Assembly: GCA_029263055.1 (NCBI GenBank)
Contig: JAJCYG010000036.1
Location: forward strand, 6,708-70,707
From: Actinomycetes bacterium
Lineage (GTDB): Bacteria > Auribacterota > JAJCYG01
Reading direction: 5' to 3'
DNA length: 64,000 bases
In this document: piece by piece, positions 44,367 to 52,682 of the stretch
How positions within the stretch are numbered: position 1 is the first letter of the stretch
How the letters are laid out: each line of letters starts with the position of its first letter
Program-made: the position numbers and the translations under genes
The notes under the pieces: model-generated
Seen by the model: the letters and a program-made list of their open reading frames with translations, nothing else
What the model was told of the DNA's origin: nothing
Database searches by the model: none

Positions 44367-44683
44367 TGGAGCCTTCCATTTCAGAAGTGACTATTGAAGA
44401 AGCTAAAAAGAAGTGGGAAGAAAAGACTGCTACGTTTTTAGATATTAGAGATCCTCAATCTTACGAAATTGCCCACATCCCTGAAGCCCACCATGTTGAT
44501 GAACAAAAAGCTAAAGAGATTATTAGTGAGTGGGATAAAAGCCAAGAGCTCATTGTTTATTGCTACCATGGCAATACAAGCTATGGCGTGGCGGGTTACT
44601 TTATTGAAAACGGTTTTATAAACGTTTCAAGCATGAGTGGCGGGTTTGAAGTTTGGAAAATTAGTTCCCCAATTACCCAATAA
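44366..44683 (+). CDS. Single-domain rhodanese (sulfurtransferase)
   Basis: Active-site loop IVYCYHGNTS. 105-108 aa. ATG at 44366 overlaps the ArsC stop (TAATG). The track ORF begins at GTG 44357. Confidence 0.8.
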   Translation: MEPSISEVTIEEAKKKWEEKTATFLDIRDPQSYEIAHIPEAHHVDEQKAKEIISEWDKSQELIVYCYHGNTSYGVAGYFIENGFINVSSMSGGFEVWKISSPITQ

Positions 44684-44689
44684 ATAAAT

Positions 44690-45034
44690 TTATACTGTGA
44701 CTGATTCTGTTGGCGGAAACGTAGTTGTTTCTAATTCTGATTTGTATGGGAATTGGTTTGGGGAAGAAGTTTGGTAGGCATTGAGTTCAATGTCTTCCGC
44801 AGGGCCTTCTTTTAAAAATTTGTGAACAATGTAGACAAACATTGCTTTTTTCAACACATCGATTTCTTCTAAATCCCATTGTCCGATCAAGGTGTCTGAA
44901 ATACGGATGTTGTAATCAATCTCTTCAGAGGTTTCTTGGTTTTTAAATTTGTAAGTAAAGCGTTCAAAACCTGGTTTGTAAGGATGTTGAATTAGTTCTA
45001 AATAGTTAAATTGGGCACTCATGTTTGTCTCCAT
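44690..45034 (-). CDS. Hypothetical acidic 114-aa protein
   Basis: ORF only. Convergent with the rhodanese gene. Confidence 0.4.
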   Translation of the reverse strand: METNMSAQFNYLELIQHPYKPGFERFTYKFKNQETSEEIDYNIRISDTLIGQWDLEEIDVLKKAMFVYIVHKFLKEGPAEDIELNAYQTSSPNQFPYKSELETTTFPPTESVTV

Positions 45035-45093
45035 CTAAATCAAAAGTAATAGTTTAAGATCAGTATCTTACCATACTTATTCATAGAAGAAAA

Positions 45094-46374
45094 ATGCTTA
45101 AACTCAGGTCAAGATTTGTGTATCATAGCCAAATGACTAAAGGGATTCTCTCTTATCAGGATGTGCGCCAGCAAACAGTGGCACTCTGTGCTTCGCTTAA
45201 AACAGAAGATTTTTGTGCTCAAAGTATGCCTGATGTCAGTCCCACTAAATGGCATTTAGCCCACACCACTTGGTTTTTTGAAACCTTTATTTTATCTAAA
45301 GCAATGGCACGTTACCGCTCTTACAATGACTGCTTTAAATATCTTTTTAATTCTTATTATAATGGAATTGGAGAGCAGTTTCCTCGTGAAAGCCGCGGTC
45401 TTTTGTCGCGTCCAACCGTTGAAGAGGTGCTTGATTATCGTAAAAAGATTGATCAGCAAATGGTTGCACTTCTACGTAATAAGAAACAGAAAGAGAAGTG
45501 GAATTATTTTGTGCAATTAGGATTGCATCATGAGCAGCAGCATCAAGAATTAATCATAACGGATATTAAGCATGTTTTTTCTTTAAATCCACTCCAACCT
45601 GTTTACAAAAAGAAGGCCCCAAAAAGAAATGTTTCTGTAGGAAAAATGAACTGGGTTCGTTTTAATGAAGAAGAAACATTATTGGGGCATGAGGGTGTGG
45701 GGTTTCATTTTGATAATGAAGGGCCTTTGCATCGTGCGACGTTAATCCCTTTTCAGATTGCGAATCGCTTGGTTACTAATGGAGAATACCTTAAGTTTAT
45801 CGAGGCAGGTGGTTACAAAAAGTCTCAGTATTGGCTTTCTAAAGGTTGGGAAGTGGTGCAAAGAGAAAAGTGGAATGCTCCTCTTTATTGGAAAAAAGAG
45901 GGGAAAGAGTGGTTTGTGATGACGCTGACAGGCATTAAAAAAGTAAATACAAGTGAGCCAGTCTGCCATGTCAGTTATTATGAAGCCGATGCGTTTGCCA
46001 GTTGGATGAATGCGCGATTGCCTTCTGAAGCAGAGTGGGAGCGTGCTTCGCAAGAGGTTTCGCTAAAAGGAAATTTTGTGCAGAAAAAAAGTTTTCATCC
46101 TCAACCCGTTGAAAAAAAGAATCAACAGGTTTTGGATCAACTTTTTGGAGATGTGTGGGAGTGGACACGTTCGCCTTATGTTCCTTATCCTGGTTATGTG
46201 GCTTCTAAAACAGCTGTTGGAGAATACAATGGCAAGTTTATGTGTAACCAAATGGTGTTGCGCGGTGGATCGTGTGCAACCTCTCAAGATCACATCCGTT
46301 CAACATACCGAAACTTTTTTTATCCAGAAGATCGCTGGCAGTTTAGCGGGATTCGATTGGCAAAGGACTTATGA
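45094..46374 (+). CDS. egtB: Ergothioneine biosynthesis sulfoxide synthase EgtB (DinB_2 plus FGE-sulfatase domains)
   Basis: The N-terminal WHLAHTTWFFETF has DinB/EgtB iron-ligand His residues. The C-terminal GDVWEWTRSPY...LRGGSCATSQDHIRSTYRNFFYPEDRWQFSGIRLAKD is an FGE-sulfatase fold. 426 aa. Confidence 0.8.
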   Translation: MLKLRSRFVYHSQMTKGILSYQDVRQQTVALCASLKTEDFCAQSMPDVSPTKWHLAHTTWFFETFILSKAMARYRSYNDCFKYLFNSYYNGIGEQFPRESRGLLSRPTVEEVLDYRKKIDQQMVALLRNKKQKEKWNYFVQLGLHHEQQHQELIITDIKHVFSLNPLQPVYKKKAPKRNVSVGKMNWVRFNEEETLLGHEGVGFHFDNEGPLHRATLIPFQIANRLVTNGEYLKFIEAGGYKKSQYWLSKGWEVVQREKWNAPLYWKKEGKEWFVMTLTGIKKVNTSEPVCHVSYYEADAFASWMNARLPSEAEWERASQEVSLKGNFVQKKSFHPQPVEKKNQQVLDQLFGDVWEWTRSPYVPYPGYVASKTAVGEYNGKFMCNQMVLRGGSCATSQDHIRSTYRNFFYPEDRWQFSGIRLAKDL

Positions 46375-47291
46375 GTTTTAAAGAAGATGTGGTTACAGGA
46401 TTAGAAAAAGAGCGAAAAGAATTATCGCCCAAATATTTCTATGATCAAAAAGGGTCGCAGCTGTTTGACCAGATTTGCGATTTAGAAGAGTATTATGTCA
46501 CTCGAACTGAATTGGAGATTATGGAGCAGAGTCTTCCTGAGATTGTTGATTTTTTAGGGGAAGAGAGCTTGTTGATTGAGTATGGTAGCGGAAGTAGTGT
46601 AAAAACACGGATGCTGCTCGATGAACTGAAAAAACCTGCTGCTTATATCCCGGTTGATATTTCTCATAAACATTTACAGCAGACAGCTGAAACATTGTCT
46701 CAGAGCTATCCTGATTTAGAGGTGAACCCGGTTGCAGCTGATTTTACCAAGCCATTTTCATTGCCTGAATGTTCTCAAGCCCACGCCAAAAAAGTGATCT
46801 ACTTTCCTGGGTCAACGATAGGCAATTTTAGCCCGACTCAAGCAGAAACAATTCTAAAAGAGATGGCTCATTTGTGTGAGCCTGAAGGAGATCTTTTGAT
46901 CGGCGTTGACTTAAAAAAAGACCGGTCTATTTTAGAATCTGCCTACAATGATTCAAAAGGGGTGACTGAAGCATTTAATCTAAATCTTTTAGAGCGGATC
47001 AATAATGAATTAGGGGCTAACTTTCAATTAGATCAATTTCAGCATCAAGCCATTTATAATGAAAAACAGTGCCGCATTGAAATGCACTTAGTGAGCCAAA
47101 AAGAGCAGGAAGTCTTGATTGAAGAGACACTGATTCGATTTGAACAAAATGAAACTATTTGTACGGAGCATTCATACAAATACTCCATTGAAGAGTTTGA
47201 GCAACTAGCGCAAAAAGCATCCTTTCAATTAAAGAAAGTCTGGACCGATGCCAACCAGCTTTTTAGCCTCCAATATTTGAGCCTAACATGA
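46371..47291 (+). CDS. egtD: L-histidine N-alpha-methyltransferase EgtD
   Basis: KYFYDQKGSQLFDQICDLEEYYVTRTELEIM...LIEYGSGSSVKTRMLLDEL...YIPVDIS is the EgtD signature. The ATG overlaps the egtB stop (ATGA). Confidence 0.85.
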   Translation: MSFKEDVVTGLEKERKELSPKYFYDQKGSQLFDQICDLEEYYVTRTELEIMEQSLPEIVDFLGEESLLIEYGSGSSVKTRMLLDELKKPAAYIPVDISHKHLQQTAETLSQSYPDLEVNPVAADFTKPFSLPECSQAHAKKVIYFPGSTIGNFSPTQAETILKEMAHLCEPEGDLLIGVDLKKDRSILESAYNDSKGVTEAFNLNLLERINNELGANFQLDQFQHQAIYNEKQCRIEMHLVSQKEQEVLIEETLIRFEQNETICTEHSYKYSIEEFEQLAQKASFQLKKVWTDANQLFSLQYLSLT

Positions 47292-47410
47292 AAAAAGCCC
47301 TCCTCCTTTTAGCGCTGCTTTTTTTAACGGGCTGCGCTTCTAGTTTAACCAATCAAGATGACAATTTTGAGGTCCGTGAAGAGGGCGCCGGGTTCTTTTT
47401 TGGCTTCTAG
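47288..47410 (+). CDS. Putative 40-aa lipoprotein, translationally coupled to egtD (below the ORF-track size cutoff)
   Basis: ATGAAAAAAGCC... encodes MKKALLLLALLFLTGCASSLTNQDDNFEVREEGAGFFFGF. It has the lipobox LTGC. The ATG overlaps the egtD stop (ATGA). Confidence 0.35.
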   Translation: MKKALLLLALLFLTGCASSLTNQDDNFEVREEGAGFFFGF

Positions 47411-47581
47411 TCTGACAAATTTGTACATCCTCTTGCAGAAATGTTCCTAACCTAAAATTCCAACATAGATTGTAAGTCACTCAATATAAGCTAATTATAA
47501 CCTTATCTATTTAAACTCTTTTCCTCTCAAATGGCTCTTTTTGCGGTATGGAAGTTGCATATTAATGGGGTAGGGGGAAAT

Positions 47582-48721
47582 ATGGAACAAAATTTAAAAT
47601 GCTTAGTTGTGGATGATGAAAAGAGCAACTTAGATGCATTTTTGACTGTTTTTGGAGATGACTTTGATTTGGTGCCAGCCCTGAGTGGACGTGAAGCACT
47701 CACTATTTTAGATGAAGATCAATCGATTGCTGTGGTGGTTTCAGATCAACGCATGGATGAAATGACAGGTGTGGAATTGCTTGAAGAGGTAAAGAAAAAA
47801 TACCCTGAAATTGTGCGCATTGTTTTAACGGGATACAGTGATTACCAGGTTTCGATTGATGCGATTAATAAGGGGGATGTTTTTCGTTATCTGCATAAGC
47901 CAATTGATATGGACGAAACAACCAATGCCATTGAAGAAGGTCTTAAAAAATATAAAAAATCAGTTGAAGAAAAAAAGAGCATTGAAGATACCAAAGAACA
48001 AATCCGAAAACGTTTTTTAGAAATTAATGAATCGCTTGGGGCTGGCATTGCCCATTACGTGAACAATGGACTTGTTCCGGCTAAAACGTTCTTAACATTT
48101 CTTCCAGAAAAAGCAAAAGAACTTAAAGAAGGAAATTACGACTCAACCTATTTTGAAAACTTTTTAGAAGAAGCGGTTAAAAACATTGAAGGGATTGAAG
48201 GTTTAACTGAGTCGTTGTTATGGGCGCACAATGCGCAAATAGAAGGTTTTGAGAGTGTGCCTGTTTCAGATGTTTTTGACTTAGAAGCCTCTGAATTTAA
48301 GGATCTTTTATCAAAAAAGAATTTAAAAATTAATAGTGAAATGGAAAGAGATCTTCCTTCTCTTTTTGTCGATAAAATAAAAGTAAAAGAGATGTTTGTG
48401 CTTTTATTAAAATTTTGTGCAGTAGCCTCTTCAGAAGGACAATCCATTGAAATAAGAGCGTCAAAAACCACAGATCAACCGGATGTTTCTTCCGTCCGTT
48501 TTGAAATCGGCTATCATGGAAAGGGGTATGCCCCTAAAGACATTCCTCGTATTTTTGACCCTTTTTACAAGTTTGACGAACAGCTCAATACCGAGGTCAA
48601 AGGGCTCGAACTAACCAACTGCTATATCACCTCGCTCAAACATGGTTTTGAGCTTAAAGTCGAGAGTGACCCGGGTAAAGAGACTGCTTTTATCGTGGAT
48701 CTCCCGTTTCTTGTCTCTTAA
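47582..48721 (+). CDS. Response-regulator receiver fused to a histidine-kinase-like module (REC-HisKA-like-HATPase)
   Basis: Receiver CLVVDDEKSNL...VVVSDQRMDEMTG...IVLTGYSD...K. Then GAGIAHYVNNGL (H-box-like) and a C-terminal HATPase-like GxG region. Start at MEQNLK (47582), with GGGGGA upstream. Confidence 0.65.
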   Translation: MEQNLKCLVVDDEKSNLDAFLTVFGDDFDLVPALSGREALTILDEDQSIAVVVSDQRMDEMTGVELLEEVKKKYPEIVRIVLTGYSDYQVSIDAINKGDVFRYLHKPIDMDETTNAIEEGLKKYKKSVEEKKSIEDTKEQIRKRFLEINESLGAGIAHYVNNGLVPAKTFLTFLPEKAKELKEGNYDSTYFENFLEEAVKNIEGIEGLTESLLWAHNAQIEGFESVPVSDVFDLEASEFKDLLSKKNLKINSEMERDLPSLFVDKIKVKEMFVLLLKFCAVASSEGQSIEIRASKTTDQPDVSSVRFEIGYHGKGYAPKDIPRIFDPFYKFDEQLNTEVKGLELTNCYITSLKHGFELKVESDPGKETAFIVDLPFLVS

Positions 48722-48736
48722 GCCTCCTCTCTTTTC

Positions 48737-48764
48737 TTGACGTCTAACCCCTCTCTGCTATACA
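48737..48764 (+). promoter_or_regulatory. Putative sigma70 promoter (-35 TTGACG, 16-nt spacer, -10 TATACA) for the 48790-51523 operon
   Basis: Motifs lie 25-50 nt upstream of the ATG at 48790. Confidence 0.3.
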
Positions 48765-48789
48765 CTCTAAAGTTCTGAATGGGAAGGCT

Positions 48790-49827
48790 ATGAAGAAAAA
48801 AGTTTTTGCAATAATCCTGACTGTTTTGCTGGTGGGCGGGCTCTTGTCTCAGATCCAAATTAAAGATCTGGGGGAGTTTGTCCGGGGCTTTTCTATTGCT
48901 GGATTGATTTTGGCTTTTTTGTTTTATGCTATGAGCTATTTTTTCCGGGCTTTGCGCTGGCGCCAGCTTATCTATTCTAAGGCAATTGGGCTAGGCGAGC
49001 TGATGATGATTACTTCAGCCCATATTATGTTTAATAATTTGCTCCCTTCCCGGTCAGGAGAATTCTCCTATATTTATTTGCTTAAGAAGCGCCAAGGTAT
49101 TTCAGGGAGTGAAGGATTGGCTACATTAGTGGCAGCACGGTTTTATGATTTTGCAGTGTTGTCTTCTTTCTTTTTGATCTCAGCCTTCTTTTATATTGGT
49201 AGTTCTAACAAAATGAGTTTGGGTGAAATTGCTATTGGCGCTGTTTTTATTTTGAGCGTGGCAGTTTTAGCGATCTTCAACTTAGAAAAAATTATGGCTG
49301 TTATTTTGTCGGTGGTTCAAAGAATAGGGAAGAAGTTTCGTTTAACTGAAAAAAAATGGATGTCCTTTTTGGTTTCAAAAGGGAATGATGTGTTAGAGAG
49401 TTTTTCTGCCATTAAATCAAAGAAAAAGTTTTTACCTGTGGTCTCGATTTCGTTTCTTGCTTGGGGTTTTAAGTTTTTTGCTTATCTGATTATGTTGCGT
49501 GCCATGTTAGGTGTTGAAGGCGTTTATCCGACATTCTGGATGATTGTTTTGGGAACAACAGCCGCAGAATTGACCACTATTTTGCCTATTCATGGCATAG
49601 GGGGATTTGGCACCTATGAGTCAGCCTGGGCAGGGGCTTTTTACTTGCTCGGCTTTGCTAAAGAGTTGGCCATTAAGACGGCTTTTAGTTTTCATTTGCT
49701 GGCTTTGCTTTACTCTGTTATTTTAGGGGTGGTTTCACTCCTTTTACTTAACCTTAAAAAGGAAAATAAAACGAGTCAAAAAACCGAAAAATCTGATGTA
49801 GAAGGACACATTAAAGTTAATCATTAG
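48790..49827 (+). CDS. Flippase-like membrane protein (lysyl-PG synthase TM-region / UPF0104 family)
   Basis: 345 aa, about 8 TM helices. A conserved RALRWRQL loop follows TM2. It lies directly upstream of an ArnC-like GT2, a common pairing. Confidence 0.55.
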   Translation: MKKKVFAIILTVLLVGGLLSQIQIKDLGEFVRGFSIAGLILAFLFYAMSYFFRALRWRQLIYSKAIGLGELMMITSAHIMFNNLLPSRSGEFSYIYLLKKRQGISGSEGLATLVAARFYDFAVLSSFFLISAFFYIGSSNKMSLGEIAIGAVFILSVAVLAIFNLEKIMAVILSVVQRIGKKFRLTEKKWMSFLVSKGNDVLESFSAIKSKKKFLPVVSISFLAWGFKFFAYLIMLRAMLGVEGVYPTFWMIVLGTTAAELTTILPIHGIGGFGTYESAWAGAFYLLGFAKELAIKTAFSFHLLALLYSVILGVVSLLLLNLKKENKTSQKTEKSDVEGHIKVNH

Positions 49828-49835
49828 GAGCTATT

Positions 49836-50816
49836 ATGTATTTGTCAGTTGTTATTCCAATTAAAGATGAAGAAGAGAGCGTTAAAGAACTCTATACTGA
49901 ATTAGTAGGGGTTCTAAAAAATTTAAATAAGAACTATGAAATCATTATTACAGATGATGGTTCCTCTGACGGCACTTTTTCAGTCTTAAAAGAACTTCAA
50001 GCAAAAGATCCTCATTTAAAAGTGATTAGCTTTCGTAAAAACTTTGGTCAAACTGCGGCCATGGCTGCAGGGTTTGATTATGCGATTGGTGAAATCATTG
50101 TGACCATGGATGGGGACATGCAAAATGATCCCGCTGATATCCCGCGCCTCTTAGAAAAAATTGAAGAGGGGTATGACTTGGTCAGCGGCTGGCGTTATGA
50201 CCGCAAAGATAAATTTTGGACTCGTCGTTTTCCTTCTAAGGTAGCGAATTGGTTGATCTCTCGAATCACCGGTGTGAAGTTGCATGATTATGGTTGCTCG
50301 CTTAAAGCCTTTAAACATGAAGTGATTAAAAATATTGCCCTTTATGGTGAGTTGCACCGCTTTATTCCGGCTGTGGCTGCGTTGATGGGAGTGACCGAAG
50401 CCGAGCTTAAAGTGAACCACCGTTATCGCACCAAAGGAAAATCTAAATATGGATTATCCCGTATTGTGCGTGTGTTTCTTGATTTGATTACAGTTAAGTT
50501 TTTACTCAGCTATTCAACCAAGCCGATTCAAATTTTTGGATTCTTTGGTTTGATCAGTGGGTTTATTGGCTCTGCAGGGGTGGCCCTGGTGATTATTCAG
50601 CGTCAATTCTTTGGCATGAGTGCGGATCGCCCACTCTTGTTGCTGGCCATCTTAATGATTTTTACAGGCTTTCAATTTATTACCTTAGGGTTGATTGCTG
50701 AAATTCAAATCAGAACATATCACGAGTCTCAAGAAAAACCAATCTATGCGGTTAAAGAGGTGCTTGACTCACAATCTCCTGCTGAAAAACAAGAGGACAA
50801 TGAGGTTCTTATTTGA
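49836..50816 (+). CDS. GT2 polyprenyl-phosphate glycosyltransferase, ArnC/GtrB-like (undecaprenyl-phosphate sugar transferase)
   Basis: LSVVIPIKDEE...ITDDGSSDGT...DGDMQNDPADIPRLL...YDRKDKFWTRR...HDYGCSLKA, plus two C-terminal TM helices. Co-linear with ArnC. An SD AGGAG lies 6 nt upstream. Confidence 0.8.
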   Translation: MYLSVVIPIKDEEESVKELYTELVGVLKNLNKNYEIIITDDGSSDGTFSVLKELQAKDPHLKVISFRKNFGQTAAMAAGFDYAIGEIIVTMDGDMQNDPADIPRLLEKIEEGYDLVSGWRYDRKDKFWTRRFPSKVANWLISRITGVKLHDYGCSLKAFKHEVIKNIALYGELHRFIPAVAALMGVTEAELKVNHRYRTKGKSKYGLSRIVRVFLDLITVKFLLSYSTKPIQIFGFFGLISGFIGSAGVALVIIQRQFFGMSADRPLLLLAILMIFTGFQFITLGLIAEIQIRTYHESQEKPIYAVKEVLDSQSPAEKQEDNEVLI

Positions 50817-51523
50817 GCTACGCTTCATTCCCGGTAGTGGTGCTACCAACCTATAACGAGAAAGAAAATATTTCTCACATATTGCCTGAAATTTTAAAGC
50901 AAGATAAACGGATCCACGTCTTAGTTGTGGATGACCATTCCCCAGATAAAACCGCAGACGCAGTTAAAAAAATTCAAAAAAAATATTCTAAGCGTGTTCA
51001 CCTCATCTCTCGCAAAGGGAGAGGGCGTGGAGCAGCTGTGCTCAAAGGTTTTAAAGAAGCACTCAAATTAGGGGCCACCTCCATTTTTGAAATGGATGCC
51101 GACTTTTCGCATAATCCTAAAGACCTGCCTCGTTTTCTTAAAGAAATTGAAAAAGTAGATGTAGTGATTGGCTCTCGTTTTGTGAAGGGGGGCAAGATTG
51201 AACAGCGCGGTTGGCTGAGGAATGTGTTAAGCGATATTTTAAATGAAATGATTCGTTTGCTGCTCGGTTTGAAAATCCATGACACCTCTACAGGGTTTCG
51301 TCTTTTTCGATCTGATGTGATTAAAAAGATAAACACAAAGAAGATTGTTTCAAAAAACTACTCTCTTTGTCCTGAATTACTCTATCGCGCCACTCAATCA
51401 GGCTTTTCCCTCAAAGAGATTCCCATTGTCTTTGTGAACCGCTACGCAGGCAAAAGTAAGGCAAACCTTCACATTGCGATAGATTATTTCTTAACAATCT
51501 TCCGTATCCGCTTCTCTAAGTAA
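50813..51523 (+). CDS. GT2 polyprenol-monophosphate glycosyltransferase (Dpm1/Ppm1-like, soluble)
   Basis: VVVLPTYNEKENI...VVDDHSPDKT...EMDADFSHNPKDLPRFL. 236 aa. TTG start overlapping the upstream stop. Confidence 0.75.
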   Translation: MSYASFPVVVLPTYNEKENISHILPEILKQDKRIHVLVVDDHSPDKTADAVKKIQKKYSKRVHLISRKGRGRGAAVLKGFKEALKLGATSIFEMDADFSHNPKDLPRFLKEIEKVDVVIGSRFVKGGKIEQRGWLRNVLSDILNEMIRLLLGLKIHDTSTGFRLFRSDVIKKINTKKIVSKNYSLCPELLYRATQSGFSLKEIPIVFVNRYAGKSKANLHIAIDYFLTIFRIRFSK

Positions 51524-51532
51524 ATGTTGGTT

Positions 51533-52585
51533 TTATTTTAAAAGTTTCAATCTAGAGACATGTAGCACTTCTTCCACAGAAACATCTTCCATGGCATTTT
51601 GATTGTGGAAATCTTTGGCTTTGATGACCGTTGCTTTGGGGTTGTTGGGATCATTAACGATCGGGTCAGTCGGACCAAAGATGGCGATTTGATTTGAGGC
51701 CATGGTGGCGGCAATGTGCATAGGGCCTGAGTCAGCGCTGATAAAAAGATCAATGCGCGAAGTGAGTTCGGCAAACTGTTTTAAGTCGAGTGTGGGTGCT
51801 AAAAAAACATGATCGCTCTGTTTGATTTGTTGTTGAACAGATTCAGCGAGTTCTTTTTCGCCAGGGCCCCAGGTTAAAATAATATTGACGTTTTCTGTTT
51901 CAATCAACCCATCCGCTAGTGCGACAAACTTTTCAGTTTGCCATCGTTTGTGTGGTTTGCTGGCGCCTGGGTGAATAATCACATTTTTTGAAGTGGTTCC
52001 ATTTTTTTGGTTCATCTGAATTTCGTTTAGAAAAACAGAAATCTTTTCTTGGTCTTTTAAAGAAATATACATAGGTGTGGGGTCTGAGGCCACATTGGGA
52101 ACCCACTTTTGAATCAGAGCTTGATTGCGATCATATCGATTGAGGTCAGGGCTGGCTAAAGGGATTTTCATATTAGTGAAAAGCCAGCTCCATTCTTTGA
52201 CAAACTCGCGTCTAAAGCCGACACGGATTGGGGCTTTGCTTGCCCATCCAATCAAGCCTGTTTTAAAAATGCCATGAAAGTCGAGAACCAGGTCAAAGTC
52301 ATAAGATCTAAGTTGGGCTACAAATTTTTTCCACTCTTGATAAAATGCAGGCCAATTCTTTGGATTTTTACTGAGTTTGGTGAATGTTTTTCTTGGAAAA
52401 AGGATGACCTGGTCAATAGAGGGGTCCCCTTCTAAAACAGGGAGCGATTTCTCTTCAACGCACCACGCAATAAAGGCGCAAGGGTGGTGTTTGCGCAATA
52501 GTGAAACAGCGGAAACGGTTCTGGCCACGTCTCCTATAGCGCTTAAGCGTAGAACTAAGAGTTTGCTTTTAGGTTTAAGTTCCAT
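51533..52585 (-). CDS. GT9-family glycosyltransferase (ADP-heptose:LPS heptosyltransferase-like)
   Basis: The N-terminal LVLRLSAIGDVARTVSAV is typical of WaaC/WaaF/WaaQ. 350 aa. Confidence 0.75.
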   Translation of the reverse strand: MELKPKSKLLVLRLSAIGDVARTVSAVSLLRKHHPCAFIAWCVEEKSLPVLEGDPSIDQVILFPRKTFTKLSKNPKNWPAFYQEWKKFVAQLRSYDFDLVLDFHGIFKTGLIGWASKAPIRVGFRREFVKEWSWLFTNMKIPLASPDLNRYDRNQALIQKWVPNVASDPTPMYISLKDQEKISVFLNEIQMNQKNGTTSKNVIIHPGASKPHKRWQTEKFVALADGLIETENVNIILTWGPGEKELAESVQQQIKQSDHVFLAPTLDLKQFAELTSRIDLFISADSGPMHIAATMASNQIAIFGPTDPIVNDPNNPKATVIKAKDFHNQNAMEDVSVEEVLHVSRLKLLK

Positions 52586-52682
52586 AGTGATTTTTAATGA
52601 AAGATGCTATGATACCAGGTTTAAATAATCGATACTACTAGTTAATGCAAACAGGTTTAAAAGAATAATGCACTTTTAGGAG

